Assembly (NCBI GenBank): GCA_047495785.1
Contig: JBLDXI010000032.1
Span: forward strand, 2,666,001 to 2,730,000
Length of the DNA: 64,000 nt
Direction: 5' to 3'
DNA from: Lepidodermella squamata
Taxonomy: Eukaryota; Animalia; Gastrotricha
In this document: piece after piece, positions 49,288-64,000 of the stretch
Layout: each line of letters opens with the position of its first letter
Numbering within the stretch: the first letter of the stretch is position 1
Program-made: the position numbers and the translations under genes
The notes under the pieces: generated by a model
Seen by the model: the letters and a program-made list of their open reading frames with translations, nothing else
The model's database searches: none
What the model was told of the DNA's origin: nothing

Positions 49288-51804
49288 ATGCTTAATCGAT
49301 TACTCGCGAGGATGGCATCATCTTCGACTACTTCTAACTTCACGAACCGCCTTGCGCATGAGAAGTCGGCTTATTTACTACAACACGCTAAGAACCCTGT
49401 CGATTGGTATCCATGGGGACAGGAAGCCTTCGAGAAGGCTAAACGGGAAAATAAGCCGATTTTTCTCTCAGTTGGCTATTCAACATGCCATTGGTGTAGG
49501 TCTATAGATACCAAATGCATATTGTAATTATTCAAGTTACCATTTTCAGGCCATGTTATGGAACACGAGTCATTTGAATCGCAAGAAATTGCTGATTATT
49601 TGAATGAAAATTACGTTGCCATCAAGATGGATCGCGAGGAGCGACCTGACATCGATAAGCAATACATGACCTACGTTCAGGCAATGTCTGGTCATGGCGG
49701 TTGGCCGATGTCAGTTTGGCTAACCCCTGATTTGAAGGGAATGATGGCTGGCACTTATTATCCTCCTGAGGACAACCCACATTACGGCCGCCCCGGTTTC
49801 AAAACAATTCTGAAGAAATTTGCTGAAATGGTAAGCTAACCTGAAATATGTAAATACCTTCAAATTTCATTAATTACAGTGGAAGTCAAATCGAGGTAAA
49901 CTCGAAGATCAGGCGCGCATGCTGACTGAAACTTTGGGATCATCTTCGCTGGAAATACTCGAGGGCGATCAGCTTCCATCTGATGACGCTCCGAAAAGAT
50001 TAGCCCGTGGTCTTGGCGGTCGATTTGATCGTAATTTTGGCGGTTTTTCGAAGGCCCCGAAATTTCCGCAGCCCGGCAATTTGAATTTCTTATTGCGATA
50101 TCACGAATGGAGCAAGTTGATCGGCGAAGTTGATAATGCCAGCGCTGCCTCGGTCTTTTTCACCCTTGAAATGATGGCCCGTGGCGGAATTTACGACCAT
50201 GTCGGTAAAGGCTTCGCTCGTTATTCCACCGACTCTGTATGGCACGTGCCTCATTTCGAAAAAGTGAGAAAATTGGAGAAATATTGAAATTTTATGATGG
50301 ATTTTACGAATTTCAGATGTTGTATGATCAAGGTCAACTAGCTGTCTGCTACAGTGAAGCTTTAGCGGTATGTCATTACCAGTTTTTGGTTTGATAGTGA
50401 ATCAAGGAAATCTCATAACAGATGACTAACAACCCACTATTCGCCCGAGTTCTTGATGGCATTGTAACATACATGCTTCGCGATCTTCGCCATCCATTAG
50501 GTGGATTCTACTCAGCCGAAGATGCTGATTCATACCCAGTGGGATCAGACGGTAAACCGGCGAAGAAGAAAGTTGAGGGTGCTTTCTACGTTTGGGAATA
50601 CGACGAAATTCAGACAATTTTCAAAGGTCTGACTGTTACCGGCGAATCAACTCCTCTTGCCGAGTTTTTCTCGAAAATTTTCGACGTCCGTGAGCATGGT
50701 AACGTCGATCCGGCGCAGGACCCGCACGATGAGCTGAAACACAAGAACGTGTTGATTCAACAAAAAGCGCTTGAAGATTTCGCGAAAGATTTCAAAATGA
50801 GCGAGCAGAAAATTTTAGCTGAAATCGACCGCTGCTGTGAAATTTTGGACAAAGAGCGTTCGAAACGACCGCGGCCTCATCGCGACGAAAAATTCGTCAC
50901 CTCATGGAACGGAATGGCGATTAGCGGCCTATCCCAGGCGGCTATGGCTACTCAAAGTAGTGAATTGGTTGAAGCAGCTGTTAAAACAGCCGAATTCATC
51001 CGCCAATACATGTATGTCGAGGCTGAGGGTAAATTGTGGCGAACAGCTTATGCTGAAAAAGCTGAAGATGGCTCGATGAAAATTACCCAAATTTCTGAAC
51101 CGATTCCTGGTGTTTGCATGGATTATTGCTGTTTGATCGCAGGTCTTATCGATTTATATGAAGCCTCTTTCGACAGCAACTGGCTGCTCTGGGCCGCTCA
51201 GTTGCAAGACGTTCAAAACAAGCTGTTTTGGGATAACTCCCCTGACCGCTTGTCGTACTTCGTCTCTGATAACCCTCAACTTCTATTCAAGCTGAAAGAC
51301 GAGCAAGACGGAGCTGAACCGGGTAGCAACTCGCTGTCTTGCATGAATTTGATTCGATTGGCCGAGTATTTGAGCCGCGACGATTTGCATCGAATGGCCG
51401 AGGGAATTCTGACGACTTATTCAGAGCTGATTTCTCAAATGCCTATCGCCGTTCCGCATTTGCTGAGTGCCTTTTTACGCTTCAAGACCGACGGTCATCG
51501 CTACGTCATCTTCGGAAATGGTGACGTAAGTTTGAAGCAATCCGCCTTAATTTTGTACTGAATAAATTATTTTGTTCTGTTTTAGTCGATAATGAAAGCA
51601 ATTAATTCGAAATTCGATCCTTTCAAGTCGATTTATCGCGCTGATGACGGATTTTTCGCTAAGCGACCGCCATGGCTCGACGAGCTGCGCCAGAAAATCG
51701 ACCCTAAATTCGTTGGCGTAGTTGCTACTGATCCGAAAGGTCGCTATAAACAACTTTCCAGTGAAACCGAAGCCATGCAATTCATGGAGAAATTCGATTT
51801 CTAA
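49288..51804 (+). CDS. SPATA20: SPATA20/SSP411 (thioredoxin-like + six-hairpin glycosidase-like), about 6 exons
   Basis: [33 protein letters not shown]|[70 protein letters not shown]. Confidence 0.95.
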
Positions 51805-51958
51805 CAAGAACATTATTTTTGATTAACCAACAAATAGGACTGATTTTTCGAACTGAACTTCACGTGCATCACAGGCTTTCTTTCTATTTACCTATTTTTT
51901 AAATAACCAATAATTTTCATTAATTATTGCATTATATAGTGGATTTATTAAGACAAAA

Positions 51959-54562
51959 ATGGGAAACAGTGACACGAAATTGAGTTTCAGAAAAAGTGTC
52001 ATAGAATTGACTACAAAGACTAAACCGGTCGATGCAAGCGATGAAGCGTTTTGGCAGCAATTTTGGACTACCCCAGTACCCAGTGTTCAAGACATGTTTG
52101 TCCTCATCCCACCCGCCGAAATTCGAGCATTACGCGAAGAATCACCTTCAAATCTAGCGACGCTGTGCTGTAAAGCAGTTCAGCGCCTAGTCCATGCAGC
52201 TGACGGCAATTGCGTAACGACAAATGACCAGCAAGCGGCGTTGAATGCGGTTCGTTTACTGACTCGAATTTTGCCGTATTTGTACGAAGATTCGGACTGG
52301 CGTGGGTTTTTCTGGTCGACAACCGGCGGGAGTACCGGGTCGACGGTCGACGGGAAAGCGGATGATCAAGTTTTGGCGAAATCGCTGCTAATGGCCATTT
52401 CAGACCTGTTATTCTGCCCGGATTTCACTGTTTCTACCCCGAAACGACCGGCTGGCGCACCGGAGGTTGCTGATGATATTCGCTCCCTCGACAGTTGCGA
52501 GTACATCTGGGTCGCCGGGGTTGGTTGCGTGCAGGCTCAACCTAGCACTAAGCAGCAGGAACAAAATCGAACTGAGTTATTACGACTTTTATTAGCTTGC
52601 TGTTCAGAGCCGGTCTATCTGACTGCCGGAGACCCTCGCGCACAGGACAACCCTTGGATTCGCTATTTCACCTCTAAAAGTAATCGGCATGTTTTGCCCC
52701 TATTCGCTTCGCTGTTGAACACCGTCATTACCTATGAGCCAGTTGGCTATATGCCGTATAACCACTGGCTGGTGACTGATCACCGCGAAATCCTGGTTGA
52801 AATGGCAATTCAAGTTCTGAGTGTTTGCCTCGACTATTCACTGCCGCCTGATGTTCCCGAGGCAAGTTCCGGGCCGAACCCGGTTGACTGCGACAATTTA
52901 TTCGTGCATTACCTGGCCCGGATCCATCGCGAGGAAGATTTTGAACTGATTATGAAGGGTTTAGTCCGGCTTTTGAACAACCCGCTAATGCAGACCTATT
53001 TACCCGGTTCTGCAAAGAGAATTCGTTTCCACCAGGAAATTTTGGTGTTATTCTGGAAGTTATGTGATGTCAACAAGAAATTCTTGTACCACACGTTGAA
53101 AACAAGTGAAGTGCTGAACATCTTCGTACCGGTGCTGTACTTTTTGAACGACGCAAGAGCTGATCAAACTCGCGTTGGACTGGTTCACGTTTGCGTTTTC
53201 ATTTTGTTGATGCTGTCGGGTGAGCGTAATTTCGGCGTCCGCCTTAACAAGCCTTACACGCAAAAATTAGCGATGGACATACCGATTTTCAGCGGAACTC
53301 ATGGCGATTTGCTGGTTGTCAGCCTTCATAAGGTTATTTCAGCCGGCCATTCGCGACTTCAGCCACTGTACGAATGTATGTTGACTGTTCTGGTCAATGT
53401 TTCGCCATATCTGAAGACACTGTCCATGGTATCAGCGAATAAATTGCTGCATTTATTCGAGTCATTTTCCTCGCCGTCATTTCTCTATTCGTCACCCACT
53501 GCCCATCGCTTAGTATTTTACCTGATGGAAATCTTCAACAATTTGGTGCAGTATCAATTCGATGGCAATGCAAATCTTGTCTACTCCATGATTAGAAAAC
53601 GACAGATTTTTCATAATTTGGCGAATCTCGCGGCGTCGCAGGATGGTATTAGCCGGGTTTTAGCTGGTCGAAGAGGCGGAGCGGCAATTCAGGCAACAAC
53701 TTCGCCAGCTATTGCAGCAGTTGCGGTCGCTGAGAGACCCCCTGGTACAGCAAGGCCGAGCGAAAGTGGCAGCGCAGGTCCCCATGTCGAACCTCCAGCT
53801 AGCCCGGCCTTACTACCGGGTACAGCTAACGAGCAAATCGTTGAAGGGGCCGTTGTTCCAACTGATGCTCCGTCAGGTTCGATCAAGGCGTCGCTAGCAT
53901 CCACGCCTCAGTTATTGACAATGACTGAGAAGCAGACGTTGGATGGTAGCCGGTCGTTGCCGCCCGATGCGGCGGCAGCTAACCAGCAGGTTGAACCACC
54001 TACGTCGCCAAGCCCGCATGGTAATAACGCGCCTCTCGTTAGGCACCCATCGACTGGATCGTTAGCTTCAAGCACCCATGGCGCTCTAAGCACCACCCAT
54101 TCGTTAGCCGGGCAATGGCAACCTACCCCAGAGTGGGTCCAGTCTTGGAAAAAGAAGCTCCCGCTGCAAACTGTCATGAGATTGCTTCAAGTTCTAGTAC
54201 CTCAAGTCGAGAAGATGTGCGTTGAAAAGTAAGTTGTTGTATTCCTTGGTTCATGATTTTCAATTTATATCCGGTGGATTTCAGGGGGTTGACTGATGAA
54301 ACCGAAATCATTCGCTTCCTGCAATCTGGAACGCTGGTCGGATTATTACCCGTACCCCACCCCATTCTCATTCGCAAGTACCAACCGAATGCTGGAACAT
54401 CCGTTTGGTTCAGGACCTACACCTGGTAAGAATTTTCGTAGCATCACATTTTCATTCTCAAAATTGCTGGTTTTTAGGGGCATAATTTATATCAGAAATA
54501 CGGACCCTCCAATATGGTACGATACGGACGTTAAAATGTTCGAAATTCAACGCATTTCATAA
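51959..54562 (+). CDS. HID1: HID1 dense-core vesicle/Golgi protein; exons 51959-~54228, ~54284-54425, ~54478-54562
   Basis: MGNSDTKLSFRK (myristoylation motif), ESPSNLATLC, LSGERNFGVRLNKPY, QYQFDGNANLVYSMIRKR, LPLQTVMRLLQVLVPQVEK, DPPIWYDTDVKMFEIQ. Confidence 0.96.
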
Positions 54563-56056
54563 TCGCTGAATTCGCTGAATAGCAACTGACTTCAACGGCA
54601 ACTGAACGATTGACATCAATATTATTTATGAGAATATATACAAATATTTCAGATTGTACTATTTTGATTGTTTGCTGCAATCTATGGTTCGTGACTTTTT
54701 GCTGGTTATGTGACATAATCATTCATTCTGGAAGCTTTGTATCATTATTATAAAATATCTGGTGGATCTCTCTTCTCCTTTTTCAGAGAGTGAAAATTGA
54801 TGGTGTCTTTTTGGTGTGGTTGTACTTATTTAATTGTGAATTTCGTAAGTTACTTCGACTATGGTGTGCATGAAACAAATAACGGCGTGATTATGTAAAA
54901 TTAATTATCAAAGCGTATAAATAAATGCATGAGGCTTTCCGACATAAACTGTGTTTGAATGAGACGCATCCCGAGTCTTAGATGGCAAAGTATCGCGGCG
55001 TTTGATTCGCAAGGAAAAACTTACTGCACTCTAAATTTGAGCTTGTTTTCGGGAGGATCACTGGGGTGAGCTATGAAGAACTTCATGATTCATAACGGTC
55101 GGTGATCGGTGATGGGCGAATACTCCCTTGCGATCTCCGTAAAATCTGAGTTGGCGGCTTCTATGGGCGTATGCGCGCTGGAATCGCAGAGACAGGATCA
55201 AACTCCAACGGAGCACCAAACTCCTTTTTGCTAAATAAGGGTAGCAAACGCGGCCGTTTTCAAGTCGAAGGCGTCAAAAGGCGTAAACGCCGTAATCATC
55301 ATCATCATCAGGCCCTGTCCTGCATTGCCACCGATTAGTTCCAATATTGATTTCTTTTCGCAATCAGATCGTAATACATTCAAATGCTTCTGATCAACGT
55401 GATATATAAATATCTTTTCAGACCACGTCCGATTAAAAACTAGCGACACGATATAGCGTTCTATCGAGCGCGAGGCTAACACGAAAATTCAAAGATACCG
55501 CGCAAACTCCAAGGACGCGCAAACCAAGGAGCTTGACAACTCAAATATACTGCGGCAAATATATTAAAATATTTGGAAAAATTACAATCTACAATTAAAT
55601 TATTATTCTTCACTTAACATGAAAATTGCGTGAAACATTCTGAAACGCTAAAAAAATTTTGCACGGAAAATCTGCGAAAGTTGTGGACGGAGCTTATTCT
55701 TCGGACTGCGCCGCGATTCTGTTTCCCCTGTATTTTTTGTGCCTTTCACAGCGAAGATGAACTGCTGTTAACATGAAAGGACAAGTATTGTGCATAATGT
55801 TTTTCATTTTTCATTTTTCAAAGATGTTCCGTAACCAAATTCCCGTCTTTTTAATCGATATTGTGGATGGTTGAGGTAATTATCTCAATGACTGCCCCTT
55901 GATTAACCTTCTATATTTGGTTTGAGTGCTACAACTCCATAATACGGGATAGCATGTAGCATGCCCCAGCAGGCATAAGCCAGACCAGAACAACTGACAA
56001 TTTTGGCGTCGTTCTTCCTAATTTGTCAGATCTGAGGCTCACTGATGGCTGAGGGT

Positions 56057-56121
56057 CAGTGGCGGAGATAAGAAATTTCGTCGGTGTGCAATTAAGGTCC
56101 GAGTTGGGTAGTCTCTGATAA
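56057..56121. mobile_element. Truncated terminal fragment of the hAT MITE family at 26758-27109
   Basis: CAGTGGCGGAGATAAGAAATTT...AGGTCCGAGTTGGGTAGTCTCTG matches the reverse complement of ~27040-27109. Confidence 0.75.
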
Positions 56122-56430
56122 AACCCCTTAAAATGTTGGGTACTTTGGAAAGGTTGCAGGTTGCACTGGAGAGGATGTTGAAGGAGTTATAATATGATGC
56201 CCGTTTCTGTTAGAGTTTCTGTTTGTTCCCGTGTTAAACTCAAGACTCAAATGTAAAATACTTATCCAAGGCGCCGTGCGCTGCTATTATCGTGCGGCGC
56301 TAAATCGCAGCGCAAAGCGAATAATCTTTAAATTCCTCTGACGAAGTGAACTGCTGTCTTCAAACGTTTTTAAACGATAATCACTTTCTCGTTCCTTGTT
56401 TAATGACTTTTTCATTTTAAATAGATCGAA

Positions 56431-57153
56431 ATGAGCGTTGCTTCGCTAAAACTAGCGATAGGCTTTTCGACATTTGTGTCGATATTTTTAATATTGTCTT
56501 TCGGTAGTCCCTACTGGCTGGAGTCCCGTTCCCGAGCAGTCAGCACATTTGTCAGGATCGGCCTGTTTGAAGTCTGCTTTGATGGATTTGTTCACCCTTC
56601 AGATGCAATGAACAAGGCTTATACGGGATGCTTTTGGATTTTCGCGAAGGATCTCTTCTGGATTCGATTCTGGCTGCTGCCCGGATGGTTTGTAACCACT
56701 CAAATCTTCTGTATTCTCTCGATAATGGGCGGTCTCGGCTCGTATCTTATTCAACTGTGGATGCTGCTGAAACGCTCTCATGAGATTCATCGAAATTACC
56801 ATATAGCTTCATTCAGCATGATGTTGATCTCAGGTGTATTCCAATTCACTGCGATTCTTGTCTTCGGTATGTATTTGTATTCAATCAGCTTGATTGTTTC
56901 ATCATTTCATTTTTTACTCTTAGGTATTGCTGCAAAATGGGACTGGAATTGGATGATAAATCCTGTTTATAACTTCCTATCTTGGTCTTATGGTTGTGCT
57001 ATAATGGCTTCCTTGTTTGCTTTCGTTGCTACTTTTATTATTCGTAAATTTTGGGTCAAATGCGAGTTGGAAAAGCCCAGGGTTTATGATTATGCTCCTC
57101 AGCACATGTATCACGGACAAATGGTTCAGCCTTCCAACGTCAAAACGCTGTAA
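56431..57153 (+). CDS. Invertebrate septate-junction claudin (pickel/kune-kune-like); 57-nt intron 56867-56923
   Basis: SPYWLES...GLFEVCF...GCFWIF...WLLPGW (W-GLW-C-C signature), four TMs, NFLSWSYGCA, C-terminal PDZ-type VKTL. Confidence 0.85.
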   Translation: MSVASLKLAIGFSTFVSIFLILSFGSPYWLESRSRAVSTFVRIGLFEVCFDGFVHPSDAMNKAYTGCFWIFAKDLFWIRFWLLPGWFVTTQIFCILSIMGGLGSYLIQLWMLLKRSHEIHRNYHIASFSMMLISGVFQFTAILVFGMYLYSISLIVSSFHFLLLGIAAKWDWNWMINPVYNFLSWSYGCAIMASLFAFVATFIIRKFWVKCELEKPRVYDYAPQHMYHGQMVQPSNVKTL

Positions 57154-57541
57154 AAGGCTATCTTTCTTCGCTAAAGGGTTGTGAATAGTTATGTTCGAGG
57201 TTGTGAATTTTCGAATTTTGTATCATCAAAGAGTACTTCCTTTAATTTCCTCCTTTAAACAGCTAAAATGATAATATTTGCTGAAAGCGGAATGCAAGCT
57301 TTTTTTTATAAGTTGTCTCGTACTTTCTCACGACGAAAGGTTGTTGAGCTTGCTTGTGCACTCTATTTCATATTTTACCTAGGGAAATTAATACTTAACG
57401 ACAATTATTGATATAAAATTTCTATACTTGTTCTGATTTCTCTTTTTTAGATGGAATTTTGATTTTTTTTGGTTTTGATTTCGTATCGAATTGGCCTGGT
57501 ATCGAAATGGCTGAGATTTTCGCGAAATGGACCCGTTTTGA

Positions 57542-62011
<4,470 letters not shown>

Positions 62012-63766
62012 CGAAATGCGTCTCGATTATAATTGTAAAACATGAAATTCAGAAAAAAATCGGTTTTGTAAGCCTTGCGACGCTATTTTTCGCCTATTTT
62101 GTGTCTCGAGGGGTAAAGAGCTCGGAAATAATTTGAAAGTATTAAAAAATCCTCCTGAAAAATGCGCGAGCTCTTTACCTGCGTCTTTTCTTCGCCCTCT
62201 TTTTGCGTTTTTGTTGTTGTTGGTGCTGCTGCTGCTCGATTGTTGCTGCTCAATCTGTAGTGTTTGTAAAAATCGACAACAATGAAGCGTACGTGTTAAC
62301 TTCTGAATTTCTTCCGACGTCCGAAAACCTTGCAAACAAAACATTATATCACCACCTGATGATACATAGCTGCCCGCCTGCGATTGTGCCGTGATTGTTT
62401 TGTTTCCGCTATTTTTGTTTAATCGAGACGATTCATCGACGCCGTTATAAATTGAAACAGGCATGCCTTGATTGAAGCGAGGTTGACGATTGAAGTGTTG
62501 GTGCTTGGTTGCAAATGCGACCGCTGTAAAAAACATGTAACCGATAATTTGTGTGAATTGATTGATTATGAAAGTGCCGTTTTGCTGCTTTTGTATCACA
62601 GTTTTTTGTCTCGAAACCACCTGCACCCGAAGAACAAAACAACATTGTAATAAATCGTGAAAAATCTTAGTGATCACTTCGGCTCTCGTTCCTGTGTTAA
62701 AATGATAATGATGGTAAAACCCAACTACGAGATTCTGTGTGCTGATTGGTTGATTGATTGATTGAAGAATATTTAGCCACCCGAGGCGAAAATCGCTCCA
62801 CCTTATAATTAACCTTTATATTTTTATGTAAGAAATCAGCGATCGGCGTGAAGTTTGATTAGCCGGTCCCCTTCTTCACCACCAAGTTTACATTATTACT
62901 AGAATATTTCGAGAGAACCATTGAGACCTTTTGTAATCGATGTGTAATATCATCGCATTGATAATTTGGCTACCACTACATGATAATTCGCTGCATGTTT
63001 CTTTTGTTTTGGATTGATTGATTGATTGATTGATATTCGCCTATCTTTTACCGAAGAAATGCTCTTGATTGGTTGTAGCCGCGCTCGCGATAAGCCTTTG
63101 AAACGGCTCGTTTTATTTATTCTTTCTTCATGTGTGTTATATTCATCGAACGCGTTTCCGCTCGTCATGATGAATCTTGAAACCTGAGACGATGAGAGTG
63201 AGAAACTTGAACTTGTACTTGAAAAGAAACAGCTGCAGTCATTCAGAGTGGTATATAAACCTAAAAAATTGATCGTGAATAATAACAATTACATTATTCA
63301 ATGCGTTTTCTTATCTCTAGTTGCATATACACTGACGGCGATGCTACTACTACTACTACAAAATTATTGAAAAATTCGTGAAAAAAGATTCAATTTGTCT
63401 CCTGAACTCACATTTTCGTACATTCGGCATCTCCGAATTCGCGATTCTGATGATGACTTTGAAATAACTTCCCCGTAAAAAAAAATCAAGATTTTTTGTC
63501 AGCTCCTACTACGCCTAATCTTCAATTATGTAGTACGATTCGCTGTACGCGTGTATTTTTTTTACTTCGCAGTGAACAATTGTACGCACCGAGCACACTG
63601 TGGCGACAGAGATAACTCTCGATTTATGAAACAAACATACAAACAAACGTGTCCTTGTATTGCAGTGAACGATGATTTGAACAAAAAAAGAAAGAAAGAA
63701 AGAAACATGTCCGAAAAAACCAAATTAAAGCGTGTCTTTTTGTATGTTATTAGTAATAATATAAAA

Positions 63767-64000
63767 ATGGAAGAAGACACCACTGAAAAGCAGAAGAGGC
63801 GGCGACCTGATTCGGCTCCTATTTCAGCAAAGCTTCGTCAGAAGTAAGTTGCGGGCAACAAATAAATCCGCGAAAAATCGAAAAATTAAGGCTGAGTTTT
63901 CATTTTTGCTCTCTAATTTTAGGTTCAGAGTAATTCGCAGTTTGGAGCCAATTTTTTCCGGAGCAGTTGTCCGTCTTACGCCCGATGGAAGATTCATGCT
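63767..64000 (+). CDS. TBL3: 5' end of TBL3/UTP13 WD40 U3 snoRNP protein; exons 63767-63843, 63923->64000
   Basis: Spliced translation MEEDTT...AKLRQKFRVIRSLEPIFSGAVVRLTPDGRFML resembles the Utp13/TBL3 N-terminus (LK..Y.....IEP.Y.GG.V....DG..L). Confidence 0.6.

Noticed and set aside
41264-56923. Hydrophobic 'insertions' in the SAMHD1 (41264-41317), MRPS9 (48504-48554) and claudin (56867-56923) ORFs
   Set aside because: These are stop-free 3n GT-AG introns (54, 51 and 57 nt) read through by the ORF caller, not protein insertions.
62027-63700. ORFs of 216, 112 and 98 aa, and (ATTG)n microsatellites after DYRK1
   Set aside because: Low-complexity, AT-rich 3' UTR or intergenic sequence; only the last 26 codons of 63551-63847 belong to the TBL3 first exon.

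Overview
Gene-dense window from a compact invertebrate (metazoan) genome with many short (~50-65 nt) GT-AG introns; it is not prokaryotic. Gene order: 3' part of an UNC-5 netrin receptor that appears to lack its death domain; four orphan multi-pass membrane genes (two paralog pairs); a divergent classical-type cadherin whose large introns hold decayed transposon fragments (hAT, Harbinger/ISL2EU, MADF, MULE, LINE); LRR1; NDST (heparan sulfate N-deacetylase/N-sulfotransferase); then four consecutive signal-peptide genes (two paralogs pairing an unrecognised domain with a Kunitz domain, a Ly6/three-finger protein, and a SAMHD1-like HD hydrolase). These are followed by two divergent, tightly packed operon-like blocks (AAGAB-SNU13-ELOVL on minus; MRPS9-SPATA20-HID1 on plus), a claudin, DYRK1/minibrain and the 5' end of TBL3/UTP13. 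Three MITEs with TIRs and a minimal hammerhead ribozyme core are also visible. The most striking observation is the SAMHD1-like gene. Two upstream exons missed by the ORF track splice in frame to add a classic signal peptide. All catalytic HD residues are kept, while the ribose-discriminating (L150/Y374-equivalent) and GTP-allosteric (R145-equivalent) residues are changed, suggesting a secreted (d)NTP triphosphohydrolase with possibly altered specificity. All gene models and alignments are manual, made against reference sequences recalled from memory; no searches were run.
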